Below, one piece after another: positions 20,873-30,910 of a stretch of 64,000 bases of DNA. Position 1 is the first letter of the stretch; every line of letters starts with the position of its first letter. The notes under the pieces are model-generated. The model did no database searches. It was not told where the DNA came from and saw only the letters and a list, made by a program, of their open reading frames with translations. The stretch is from an uncultured Verrucomicrobiae bacterium (GTDB lineage: Bacteria > Verrucomicrobiota > Verrucomicrobiia > Limisphaerales > Palsa-1400): positions 96,001-160,000 of the forward strand of contig CAVPOM010000003.1 of assembly GCA_963707025.1 (NCBI GenBank). The letters run 5' to 3'. Both the position numbers and the translations under genes were made by a program.

Positions 20873-21137
20873 TTTTAACGCAAAGTCCCAGCGCGGCCAG
20901 CCGCAACCAAAGATGAATTGACCACAAAGAACCCAAAGATCGCAAAGAGAAAGCAGCATAAGTTCTTGTCTCTGCGTTCTTTGCAGTGTTATCCACAAGA
21001 ATTGCGCATTTTTGGCAAAATCAAAACCATCCTTCCGAATGACAAATGAGAAATTCTCAATGACAAATTCTCAATTCGGGCTCAACGCTTTGGTTGCGGC
21101 GTCAGCCGCGCTGTGGCTTGGCGACTTTGCGTTGAAA
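20873..21137. repeat. Nested inverted-repeat element
   Basis: TTTTAACGCAAAGTC..CAGCGCGGC..GCCGCAACCAAAG pairs with CTTTGGTTGCGGC..GCCGCGCTG..GACTTTGCGTTGAAA; inner short repeats. Confidence 0.7.
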
Positions 21138-21501
21138 GGTCTTGCTTCCGTGGTTCAATTCTGCTGGCTGAAGCTCCGCCACCGCGCCAAAATTCCAAAA
21201 CTTTCCGTTGACAGCTTCTGACTTAACCACTACGATTTGCTCAGTGATGAGGAATCGAGCAAAGGGCGGGCGATGCGGAACCGCGGCTGGCCGCGACGCC
21301 GCCGTCTCTCCATCACTCCATTACTCCAGCCTCCTCCAGGTACTCTACCAACTCACTGTACTTTATGACTCCCTGCGCATTTCCTGTCCCCCGTAGCTTT
21401 CAGCGAAGGAGAATGCGCCTTTTTGTGGCAAATAATTTCAAGTGCTGGTCCATGAACACTTTACATCAAATGCGGAGCTTTCCGGTCAAACCAGGTCAAA
21501 C

Positions 21502-23459
21502 GTTGCGCCAGTGAAGTTGGTTGGAACGCGGGTGAAAGTCCCGCCCGTCGAATTAGGCTGTTCACGACGGAACACGACCTCAACAGCGCCGCCGCGAGGC
21601 GGGGTTGGAAGCTGAGGGAGATGAACAGACGGGCCGTAATGAAAATGAACCACATCCAATGAGCCTCGATAAGTTTAGAACCGGAGACAAGCCGAGCCGC
21701 TGTTTGACCGGCGAAGGCCGCAGGGAGGAGGCAGGGCAACAGTCAGAGCCTTCTCAACGCTCCGGCGGGGTCGGCGTGGACGGCACGTCTGGAAGTTCAA
21801 CCAAGGTAAGCTGGGAGAACTCCGGCGGCGGGCGGCCAGCCCAACCGCCCGCGCAAGCTGGCAAGACCAGTCAGGCGAGCGGCCCTGCCGGAGAAGTCGG
21901 AGTTCCTCATAGTAGCGTGGACTTGTTTGCGCTCCAGGCGGATTTCCGCCGGGAGTTGCGCGAGCGAACGCAAAGGGGGAACACTTGCTCAATGCGTGGA
22001 GGCGAAGCGAAGGATGCGGGGATGGCCGGGGCGACCCGGATAGCAACCCCGGAGAAAGTTCGGCAGCTTCAAATCGCGCTCTATCGGAAAGCCAAAGCAG
22101 AGCCGAAGTATCGGTTCTGGAGCCTGTATGGGGAATTGCTGCGCAAGGACGTGCTCGAAACCGCCTTGGCAGCGCAACAGCGCAACGGCGGGGCTGCGGG
22201 AGTGGACGGACAGAGTATGGAGTCCATCACCGCCGACCCGGCCCTGCGCCAGCAATGGCTCGACCGCCTGCAAGCAGAACTCAAAGCCAAGACGTATCGG
22301 GCCAGCCCGGTGCGGCGGGTGATGATTCCCAAGAGCAGCGGAGGGGAACGGCCGTTGGGCATCCCGACGGTCAAGGACCGGGTGGTGCAAACGGCGGTGT
22401 ATCTGGTGCTGATGCCGATCTTGGAGGCGGACTTTCATCCGCGCTCCTACGGCTTTCGGCCCAAACGCCGGGCACACCAAGCCATTGCGGAAATCCAACA
22501 AGCAGTGCAGCAAGGCTACGTGGAAATCATCAACGCGGACCTGACGAAATATTTCGACACGATTCCGCACCGGGAACTGATGAAGGCCGTGGCCCGGCGG
22601 GTCAGCGACGGCAGCGTGCTGCGGCTCCTCAAGAGCTGGCTGCGCGCCCCGGTCGCGGAGGAAGACCAGGACGGCACCAAGCGAGTGATCCCCAACCGGC
22701 GCGGCACGCCGCAAGGCGGGGTCATCTCGCCGCTGCTGGCCAACCTCTACCTCAACCCGCTGGATCACGGGGTGAACGAGAAAACCTCCGGCCAAGCCCG
22801 CATGGTGCGCTACGCCGATGACTTTGTCATCGCGTGCGCGGCGGGGTGCGGCGGAGGGCTGATAGCGCGGCTCAAGAAATGGCTTCGAGCCAAAGGGCTG
22901 ACCCTCAACGAAGTCAAAACCCGAATTGTGAACATTCGCAAGGAAGGGATCAACTTCCTGGGCTTCAACCTGACCTGGCGCAAGTCCTTTGGAGGGCGCG
23001 GCTACCTGCACGTTCAACCCAGCCAGAAAAGCCGGGGGCCCTGCGCGAGAAACTGGGCGGCATCCTCAACCACTGGACGCAGGGGCGTCCGATACAGGAG
23101 GTGGTCAAAGAGGTCAACCAAGTCTTGCGCGGATGGGCGGGCTACTTCCACTACGGCAACAGCGTCTCGGTGATGAACCGGATGAAACACTACAGCCAAA
23201 ACCGTTTTCGGCGCTGGCTGTGGCGCAAACACGGTTGCCGCCGCAGCCTGTGGGAACACTACGTTCCCGAGCAGTTGCACCAGCGTTATGGACTCTATGA
23301 ACTGCCGACCACGGCGAAGTGGAAGGCGGCCCGATGAATGAGTTCGGAGAGCCGAATATGGGAAATCCGTCCGTTCGGTTCGATGAGGGGCGAAGTGGCA
23401 GCGCGAGACTGACAACTGCGGTCAGTTCAATCCGCCTCCTTCCACTTCGCCTACTCTAC
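21502..23459 (+). mobile_element. Group II intron (RT/maturase, no endonuclease domain; class E-like by inspection)
   Basis: 5' GTTGCG; EBS1 loop GTTTGAC (21702-21708); domain V GAGCCG..GGGAAATCC..CGGTTC near 23349-23381; domain VI GGCGAAGTGG/CCACTTCGCC with bulged A; 3' end CTAC. Confidence 0.92.
22022..23337 (+). CDS. ltrA: Group II intron reverse transcriptase/maturase; one frameshift at about 23034-23038
   Basis: RPLGIPTVKDR, SYGFRP, GTPQGGVISPLLAN, YADD (22811-22822), FLGF; maturase LRGWAGYF continues in another frame after a G5 run. Confidence 0.9.
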
Positions 23460-23716
23460 CAGGTCAAACCATATTCATGAACCTTGACCATCCCCAACAC
23501 CCCAAGACGGAAAAGCTCAGTTACTCTATCATTTTACTATAGATTAAGTGTTTCGCGCGCCAAAAAAGCTCCCAATTTTCAGTTAATCTCACTTGAAACA
23601 TGAACAATCCGGCGCGCGCATCAGTCCAAGTCCACAATGGCGAACTGCAGGTTGAACTTTTCGCGTTGGAACGCATTCTTCTCCTGTGAGCGCGCCCCAA
23701 TAACAAACTGAAAGCA

Positions 23717-24559
23717 ATGCTTTACCGCCCCTGCACGAGAAAACTCCGGACGCCCGGGGCGCTGCTCGAGTCTGCCACCGTTCGATGGGATAAACCCCCA
23801 ACCCTCTCCCCACTTCGCGGGGCGGGGGAATTGGCCAAAGGCAAAGGGGCGGCGCCGGGATGCGCCGGCCCGGCCGCGCGGGGGTTCACCCTGATTGAAT
23901 TGCTGGTGGTCATCGCCATCATCGCCATTCTGGCCGCGCTCTTGCTGCCCGCCTTGGGCAAGGCCAAGGACACGGCCGTTCGGACCACTGATGTCAATAA
24001 TATAAAACAGATGGTCCTGGCCCTGACCATGTACGGCAACGACAACCTGGACAACTCGCCCTGGTCCAACTGGCTGGCCGGCGACGCCAGCAACCGCCAG
24101 GGCTGGCTCTACACCATCAATCCCCAGGCCAACGGCCCCGCCCAGTTCGACCCCCGCACCGGCGCGTTGTGGCCGGCCCTGCAAAACAGCAACATGTATT
24201 TCTGCCCGCGGGACAAACTGACCCGCACCTTCAATCTGCGCGGCCAGCAATGCTCCACCTACGTCATGAACGGAGCGGTCAACGGCTATGGCCGGGACAT
24301 CTATCCTCCAGACAAGTTGAGCCAGATGCCGCCGCGCGGCATCGTTTTTTGGGAGCCGGACGAGAATGACATCGCCAACTTCAACGACGGGGCCAGCAGC
24401 CCCAATGAGGGCCTGACCGCCCGCCATGCCATGGGCGGGGTGGATGGAGAATTCGACGGCGCGGCGGCCTTCATCAAACAGACCGACTGGAACAACGGCT
24501 GCGCCCAGCCCGGCGCCAACCAGTTTTGGTGCTACCCCGACAGCCCCGACGGGCGGTGA
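23717..24559 (+). CDS. Prepilin-type N-terminal cleavage/methylation protein with H-X9-DG motif (start uncertain)
   Basis: [38 protein letters not shown]. Confidence 0.88.
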   Translation: MLYRPCTRKLRTPGALLESATVRWDKPPTLSPLRGAGELAKGKGAAPGCAGPAARGFTLIELLVVIAIIAILAALLLPALGKAKDTAVRTTDVNNIKQMVLALTMYGNDNLDNSPWSNWLAGDASNRQGWLYTINPQANGPAQFDPRTGALWPALQNSNMYFCPRDKLTRTFNLRGQQCSTYVMNGAVNGYGRDIYPPDKLSQMPPRGIVFWEPDENDIANFNDGASSPNEGLTARHAMGGVDGEFDGAAAFIKQTDWNNGCAQPGANQFWCYPDSPDGR

Positions 24560-24789
24560 AGGGGAAAGGCTAAAGGCTAAACACCATTGCCGCGAGGGCG
24601 TCTTAATTGCCAATGACAAATTCTCAATCACCAATTTTCAATTCCGAGAAGCGACGAGGCACTACTCCCGGCCGGATATCGAGAATTTTCCATTGAATAT
24701 TTGTTAATGGTAATTGACTGTTTTGATGATTGGTCCAAGGAGAAAAACATTAGGATGAGGCGAACCCAAAAGCCAGGTCAGTGGAAAAG

Positions 24790-24943
24790 CCCGGCCTCAC
24801 CCCGGCCCTCCTCCAGGAGAGGGTGAAACCTCGGCCGCCTTGGCGAAAGGCCAGCGCGGGGATTTGCAGGACTCGCATCTGCGCAAGCCGAGGCGGGCGA
24901 TGTCGGTTCCTTCTCCCAGGGGGAGAAGGTCAGGATGAGGGCG
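24790..24943. repeat. REP-like element (CCTCACCC..CCCTC family)
   Basis: CCTCACCCCGGCCCTCCTCC..GGAGAGGG and inverted TTCTCCC..GGGAGAAGGTCAGGATGAGGG; relatives near 23795 and 60002. Confidence 0.6.
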
Positions 24944-25074
24944 AGCCACAAAGAATTTTGTCTCACACCGGGGCAAAATTCAATCGCCCGCCAGCTTGTC
25001 AGACCGGGGAGAGTGTGTCAGGTTTCCGTTTTCAGCCGGAAGGCTGAAGACGGAACACTGGAACCCTTTCGGCC

Positions 25075-26004
25075 ATGCTGGCGGCAATCTTAACGACCAT
25101 CTTGTGGGCGGCTTCGGGCGTGTGCGGATCGCGCTCGGCCCGCCTGGTGGGCGGCACGGAAGCCAATTTCTGGCGGCTGGTGATCGCCACCGTGACGCTG
25201 GGCTTGTGGGCGCATTTGTTCGGCCAGGGTCTCGGCGGCGTGTCCTTCCCGTTTTTTTTCCTGAGCGGAATCATTGGGGTGGGCGCGGATGTTTTCCTCT
25301 TTCAAAGCTATCCCCTGCTGGGCGCGCGCTTGACCATCCTCATCATTCAATGCGGCGCGGCTTTAATCGGAGCGGTGGTGGAATGGCTCTGGCAGGACGC
25401 CCGCTTGAGCGGCTGGCAAATCGCCGGCGGCGCCACCATCCTGGCCGGCGTCGCCCTGGCGCTGGCGCCCGGAAAACATCTGACCTCGACCGCCCGGGAA
25501 GTGAGAGCGGGCATGGCCTTGAGCGTTTTGGGCGCTTTTGGCAACGGCCTTGGCGCGGTCTTGAGCCGCAAGGCTTACGCCGTGGCGGAGAAAGCGCAGC
25601 AAAACATTGACGCGCCCACGGCGGCCTATCAACGCCTGGTGGGCGGGCTGTTGGTGGCGGGGATTTGCCTGCTGGCGGTGGCATGGCGCCGCTCGCTCGC
25701 TCCGGTTGCTCCAGCCCCGCCGGCCGGAACTTCGCGCGCGGAGCGGTGGCGGCTGGCTTGGCCCTGGGTTTTGGCCAACGCCGTGTTGGGTCAGACCCTC
25801 GGCGTCAGTTGCTACCAATGGGCCTTGAAAACCACCAAAACCGGCCTGGTGCTGGCCATCGTCTCCACGGTGCCGCTGGTGATCATGCCCTTTTCCAGCG
25901 TGGTGGAAGGCGAGAAGATGACGCGGCGCTCGATTTGCGGCGGCGTCCTGGCGGTGCTTGGGGCCATCGTGCTGGTGACGGTGACGGCCAAAACCGGCAA
26001 CTAG
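25075..26004 (+). CDS. DMT/EamA family transporter
   Basis: 309 aa, about ten hydrophobic segments in two repeats. Confidence 0.8.
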   Translation: MLAAILTTILWAASGVCGSRSARLVGGTEANFWRLVIATVTLGLWAHLFGQGLGGVSFPFFFLSGIIGVGADVFLFQSYPLLGARLTILIIQCGAALIGAVVEWLWQDARLSGWQIAGGATILAGVALALAPGKHLTSTAREVRAGMALSVLGAFGNGLGAVLSRKAYAVAEKAQQNIDAPTAAYQRLVGGLLVAGICLLAVAWRRSLAPVAPAPPAGTSRAERWRLAWPWVLANAVLGQTLGVSCYQWALKTTKTGLVLAIVSTVPLVIMPFSSVVEGEKMTRRSICGGVLAVLGAIVLVTVTAKTGN

Positions 26005-26056
26005 CCTGACGGCAATGGCTTGGACGAAAGGATGCCAACTTCCATTTATCTGTCTC

Positions 26057-26084
26057 TTGACACATGGCCAATCAAAATTATAGT
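26057..26084 (+). promoter_or_regulatory. Sigma70 promoter, near-leaderless
   Basis: TTGACA-N16-TATAGT, ATG at 26093. Confidence 0.65.
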
Positions 26085-26092
26085 GCCTGAAA

Positions 26093-27331
26093 ATGCATAA
26101 GCATCATCTTGCGGGTCACACGGGGGAAAAGCCCGGCCTCGCCCGCTTGAATTCCCTCAAAGAATTCCACTCCGCCGGGCGCGGTTTTTGGGCCGATGTC
26201 GCCGAAAGCGACTGGAACGACTGGCGCTGGCAACTCAAACACCGCATCACGACCCTGCCACAATTGCAGCGCCTGATGCCGACCCTCACCCCGGAAGAAT
26301 ACGCCGGCACCATGCTGGCCAATACCAAACTGGCGCTGGCCATCACGCCCTATTTCTTTAATCTCATTGACGCGGCCGACGAGAATTGCCCCATCCGCTG
26401 GCAGGTCGTGCCGCGTCTGGCGGAGACCCGGACCGCCCCGTGGGAGATGAGCGACCCCTGCGGGGAAGACACCCATTCGCCCGTGCCGGGATTGGTGCAT
26501 CGCTATCCGGACCGGGTCCTGTTCCTGGTGACCGACCGGTGCGCGGCCTATTGCCGTTACTGCACCCGGTCGCGCCTGGTGAGCAACGCCACCGGTTATG
26601 ATTTCCACCCGGAATTCGACCGGCAGATCGAATACGTCCGCCAAAACCCCGGCGTGCGCGACGTCCTGTTGAGCGGCGGCGATCCCCTGCTGCTCTCCGA
26701 CGAGAAACTGGAAGACCTGCTCAGCCGCCTGCGCGCCATCCCGCATGTGGAATTCCTGCGCATCGGCACGCGCATGCCGGTTTTTCTGCCGCAGCGCATC
26801 ACGCCCGAATTGTGCGCCATGCTCAAGGAATTTCATCCGTTGTTCATCAGCCTCCATTCCAATCATCCGCGGGAACTGACCACCGAAGCGCGCGCGGCCT
26901 GCGCCCGCCTGGCCGATGCCGGCATCCCGCTGGGCAACCAGTCCGTCCTCTTGCGCCACGTCAACGACGATCCGCTGGTCATGCGCGCCCAGGTGCAAAA
27001 ACTGCTGCTCTGCCGGGTCAAGCCCTATTACCTTTACCAGTGCGATTTGATCAGCGGCTCGGCCCATTTGCGGGCCAGCGTGCGCACCGGATTGGAAGTG
27101 ATGGAAAGTTTGCGCGGCCACACCACCGGCTACGCCGTGCCGCAATATGTGATTGACGCACCCGGCGGCGGCGGCAAGGTCCCGATCAACCCCGATTACA
27201 TTGTCCAGCGCACCGCCGAGCGCCTTCTCATCCGCAATTTCGAGGGCAGGCTCTTCGAGTACCCGGAAGCCGCCGACGGCACACCGCTGACCCCGCCGCC
27301 GCGTGAAATCGTGGAGCCGGAACTGGCATAA
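26093..27331 (+). CDS. kamA: KamA family radical SAM protein (lysine 2,3-aminomutase-like)
   Basis: WNDWRWQL, GLVHRYPDR, CAAYCRYCTR, LSGGDPL, DAPGGGGK (PLP Lys). Confidence 0.88.
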   Translation: MHKHHLAGHTGEKPGLARLNSLKEFHSAGRGFWADVAESDWNDWRWQLKHRITTLPQLQRLMPTLTPEEYAGTMLANTKLALAITPYFFNLIDAADENCPIRWQVVPRLAETRTAPWEMSDPCGEDTHSPVPGLVHRYPDRVLFLVTDRCAAYCRYCTRSRLVSNATGYDFHPEFDRQIEYVRQNPGVRDVLLSGGDPLLLSDEKLEDLLSRLRAIPHVEFLRIGTRMPVFLPQRITPELCAMLKEFHPLFISLHSNHPRELTTEARAACARLADAGIPLGNQSVLLRHVNDDPLVMRAQVQKLLLCRVKPYYLYQCDLISGSAHLRASVRTGLEVMESLRGHTTGYAVPQYVIDAPGGGGKVPINPDYIVQRTAERLLIRNFEGRLFEYPEAADGTPLTPPPREIVEPELA

Positions 27332-27349
27332 AAACTCCTCTCCCTAAAT

Positions 27350-27419
27350 TGTAGCGGCGGTCTGTGACCGCCGGTGTTTCGGGTTTTTTGTTTTGCGGCG
27401 GTCACAGACCGCCGCTACA
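27350..27419. repeat. REP/REPIN-like element between convergent genes (TGTAGCGGCGGTC family)
   Basis: TGTAGCGGCGGTCTGTGACCGCCG ... CGGCGGTCACAGACCGCCGCTACA perfect inverted arms. Confidence 0.82.
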
Positions 27420-27430
27420 GGAGTTTGGTC

Positions 27431-29215
27431 TCACCGGCCGTAGAGCGGGCCGAAGTTGGCGCAGGCGCGGAAATCGGCCCCTTCCCGGTCCGCCGTGCCG
27501 AACCCGTTCCAGGCGGCCGGGCGGAAAATGGCCTCCTCCGCCACGTTGTGCATGTAAACGGGAATGCGCAGCATCGCCGCCAGGCTGATCAGGTCCGCGC
27601 CGCGATGGCCGTAGCACAACGCGCAATGGTTGGCGCCCCAGTGGTTCATCACCGTATAAACGTCCCGGAACGCCCCTGTCCCGGTCGTGCGCGGCGCAAA
27701 CCAGGTCGTCGGCCAGGTCGGATTGGTGCGCTCGTCCAAAATCTGATGCGTCCTGGCCGGCAGCTCCAGCGTTTGCCCCTCGGCGATCTGCAAGGCCGGC
27801 CCAAGCCCTTTGATCAAATTAAGCCGGCAAATCGTCACGGGCATCCCGCCGCGCGTGCGGAAGCGGGTGGACCAGCCGCCCCCCGGAAAGTACTCGGTGA
27901 TGGACGGATGCCAGGTGGTCGCTGTCAAACATCTCTTTATTTCGGCCGGGCTGATTTCCCAGAATGGTTTTAGGGCGGGCCGGCCGCGGCTGGACTGTTC
28001 GCCGGTTCCGTCCAGGGCGGCCGGGCCGGAATTGATCAGGTGGAGAAAGCCGCCGGCGGCCGCGCCCACCGGCTTGCGTCCCGTCACCCGTTGCACCGCG
28101 GCGGGGCTCCAATAGGTCCGCACATCGGCGAAGATCTGCGCCGTATTGGTCAGCAGATAACCCAGCAACATGCCCGCGCCGTTCAAGGCATCGTTCTCTG
28201 TCGCCACGATGTAAGGGGCGCGCGCGCCATTCCAGTCGAAGGAGGTGTTGAGAATGGCCTCCAGAAAATCGCCGTTGGGCAGGTGATCGGTCCATTGGCG
28301 CTGGCCCTGGAAGCCGGCGGCGATGGCGTTGTGGCCAAGGGCTTCCTCGCCGCGGCCCAGCGCGGCCAGGCGCGGATTTCCCGCCATTAGATCGCGCGCC
28401 ACCAGCGCCATTTTCACGGAGATCTCCCATTCCCGGTCCAACTGGGCGCGCGGCCGGCGCGTTTTTGGGGAATTGTAATCCTTGCCCTCGCGGCAATTCG
28501 TTTTCACCCACTTCATCGCTCTGTCGAACTCGGACCGGTCGTAAATTCCCCGCTCCATGCGCCGGATGAATTCGCTCATGTCCACCGACTCCACTCTCAT
28601 CCCCAGGTAATTCTCGAAAAAAGCAACATCCACCATCGAGCCGGCAATGCCCATGGAAACGCCCCCCATGCCCAGGTAGGACTTGCCCCGCATCATCGCC
28701 ACGGCCAGTCCGGCCCGGCAAAAGCGCAGGATTTTTTCCCGCACGTCCTCCGGGATGCTTTGGTCCGCCGCGTCCTGTACGTCGCGGCCGTAAATGCCGA
28801 AGGCCGGCAGCCCTTTCTGCGCGTGCCCGGCCAGCACCGCCGCCAGATAAACCGCCCCCGGCCGTTCTGTGCCGTTAAATCCCCAGACCGCCTTGGGCAG
28901 GGTGGCGTTCATGTCCATCGTCTCGCTGCCGTAACACCAGCAAGGGGTGACCGTCAGCGAAACCTCCGCGCCGGCCCGCGCAAATTTCTCCGCGCAGGCG
29001 GCCGCCTCCGCCACCCCGCCGATGCAGCCGTCGGCGATCACACATTGGACCGGTCGCCCGTCGGGATACCGCAAATTGGCGCTGATCAAATCGCTCACGC
29101 GCCGCGCCAGGCCCATCGTTTGCGCCTCCAGCGATTCGCGCACTCCGCCCAAGCGCCCGTCAATGGCGGGGCGCAGTCCAATTTTCGGCAGATTTTTAAA
29201 AAGAGGGTGTTCCAT
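27431..29215 (-). CDS. fucI: L-fucose isomerase
   Basis: [49 protein letters not shown]; 594 aa. Confidence 0.96.
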   Translation of the reverse strand: MEHPLFKNLPKIGLRPAIDGRLGGVRESLEAQTMGLARRVSDLISANLRYPDGRPVQCVIADGCIGGVAEAAACAEKFARAGAEVSLTVTPCWCYGSETMDMNATLPKAVWGFNGTERPGAVYLAAVLAGHAQKGLPAFGIYGRDVQDAADQSIPEDVREKILRFCRAGLAVAMMRGKSYLGMGGVSMGIAGSMVDVAFFENYLGMRVESVDMSEFIRRMERGIYDRSEFDRAMKWVKTNCREGKDYNSPKTRRPRAQLDREWEISVKMALVARDLMAGNPRLAALGRGEEALGHNAIAAGFQGQRQWTDHLPNGDFLEAILNTSFDWNGARAPYIVATENDALNGAGMLLGYLLTNTAQIFADVRTYWSPAAVQRVTGRKPVGAAAGGFLHLINSGPAALDGTGEQSSRGRPALKPFWEISPAEIKRCLTATTWHPSITEYFPGGGWSTRFRTRGGMPVTICRLNLIKGLGPALQIAEGQTLELPARTHQILDERTNPTWPTTWFAPRTTGTGAFRDVYTVMNHWGANHCALCYGHRGADLISLAAMLRIPVYMHNVAEEAIFRPAAWNGFGTADREGADFRACANFGPLYGR

Positions 29216-29295
29216 AGTATTTTCCTGTTTGATTTTGTATCCCCTCCCTGAAGTGGTCAACAAGGGAAAATTCCGGCAGCGTTCTAATTCGATTG

Positions 29296-29377
29296 TTGTA
29301 GTGTCGGCGCCCTGTCCGCCGTAGGTTTGGCGAAGGGGGATGCGCGCCGATTTCGAGCCGCAGGCTCGACGCTGCAA
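29296..29377. repeat. REP-like element carrying a 30-bp nested insertion
   Basis: Matches the reverse complement of 48346-48396 except for an insert at 29311-29340 and one substitution. Confidence 0.8.
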
Positions 29378-29611
29378 CAAATTAGGACGCCGCCGGAACT
29401 CGCGCCGCAATGCGTCCGTCATGGTTGGGAAGACGGGTCCCGAATTATCGAGACCCGCCGCAGGACGGTAGTGCGGCCTGGCGCCTCTGCAAATCTAAGA
29501 AGGCGGGCGGAGAATACTGCCGCTCCGCTTCAACCCCGCCGGTTGGCTCCGTGGATCAATGTCCATCAGAATGAAAATGGGCTCCCCCCACATTTCTCAT
29601 ACGAGTCCAGA

Positions 29612-30439
29612 TCACGCTCCGGGCTGATGGCCATCCGGCTGAAAAGTGCTCCACCAGAGGTGGGTTTTGCCGCCCGGTCCCGGCCCTGCACCGGAAGGAA
29701 TATTTGAATCTTTGGCAAAGTTTGTGGACGAGATGAACTCAACGCCGCCATCCAGCCGCATGATGTTCCCGCCCGTCTTGTTGTGGAGCAGCCCGATTCC
29801 CTCCTGCCCCTCCGGCGGCGCGGTCGGGAAATTAGCGCCATCGTTAAATTCAAATGCGCCTACGCTGTTGTGGTCATCAGGCTCCCAGAAGAGATAGCAC
29901 ATCGGACTCCAGACTTGGCTTGCCTTGCAACTGACGTACGCGTTGTTGGCGTTGAAGCCACAGGCGGAGCCATCCCAGACATAGCTGCAGAGCTGGTTAT
30001 TGCGTTGCGTGTAGTACTGGCTGAGAATGTCCTTGGGGCAGAGATAGGCCATTTTATTGCCCATATTGACCCATAATGACCCTTCCTGCCAATCCAAGGT
30101 GGGCGCTTGTTGTGGTGGAGTGGTACCAATTTTGGGACAAGCACCCGGGCCGTAAAGCCAGCCCTGTCCGGGGGCGTTGTCCCCATCCCAGTTGCAAAAC
30201 GGCAGCCAATCCTTGTTCTCCGAGGTGTACATGTGTTCGGCGAGGGCCAGTTGATGCTGGTTGTTCATGCATTGCGTGCGAATGGCTTGTTGTTTGGCCA
30301 GCGCCAGTGCCGGCAGCAAAAGCGCGGCCAGGATGGCAATGATTGCGATCACCACCAGCAGTTCAATGAGGGTAAACGCGATGGTTAGCCTTGACGGTTG
30401 GCTGGCTGGAGAGATAGCCGGTGCCTTTGGAGTCTTCAT
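29612..30439 (-). CDS. Prepilin-type N-terminal cleavage/methylation protein
   Basis: [42 protein letters not shown]...DG motifs shared with 23717-24559. Confidence 0.9.
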   Translation of the reverse strand: MKTPKAPAISPASQPSRLTIAFTLIELLVVIAIIAILAALLLPALALAKQQAIRTQCMNNQHQLALAEHMYTSENKDWLPFCNWDGDNAPGQGWLYGPGACPKIGTTPPQQAPTLDWQEGSLWVNMGNKMAYLCPKDILSQYYTQRNNQLCSYVWDGSACGFNANNAYVSCKASQVWSPMCYLFWEPDDHNSVGAFEFNDGANFPTAPPEGQEGIGLLHNKTGGNIMRLDGGVEFISSTNFAKDSNIPSGAGPGPGGKTHLWWSTFQPDGHQPGA

Positions 30440-30910
30440 GGGTCCTTTTTAAACGGTTAAATAGTGAATATGGTTCAATCTACATCAGCATCATGTTTCA
30501 TGTCCAGTCCAATTTTTGCCTCTATTTATACACGCGCCAGAGGGGTGCCGGATTCCGCCAAAAATCTTTGCCGTATTGCGCCCTGAGTGGCAAGGGCGGG
30601 TCCCGCAATATCGGGACCCGCCGCACTGAGGCAGCGCGACGTTGATTCCCCTGCCAATGCCCGGCGGGGGGCATGCGCCGCCGCCAAGGCTGCGGCGCAC
30701 AGGGCGGAGTGCCCGCCCTGCTTGGCCCACCCCTGGCTGACGCATTGCTCTTTGCGCCGGTTGGAGGGGGTGGAGAATACAGAACCGGACGGCTCGAGCC
30801 GCGCTTTGGGGAGCGCGGCGGCCTGATCCCGCAATGCGGGAGGGGAGAGCCGCCATTGTTGGTCCGCGCCTCTTCGCATATCAAGTGTTCTTATGGATAA
30901 ATCCTGATGG

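Noticed and set aside
20989..20997. DnaA box TTATCCACA as a sign of oriC
   Set aside because: Single box inside a repeat element; no box cluster or unwinding element nearby
21502..23459. RT as a retron, DGR or defence RT
   Set aside because: Domains V and VI, EBS1-IBS1 pairing and a maturase domain identify a group II intron; no template/variable repeat pair seen
23594..30500. Shared TGAAACATGA upstream of both prepilin genes (23594-23603 and 30491-30500 on the minus strand)
   Set aside because: One 10-mer match between two AT-rich intergenic regions can arise by chance; no dyad support
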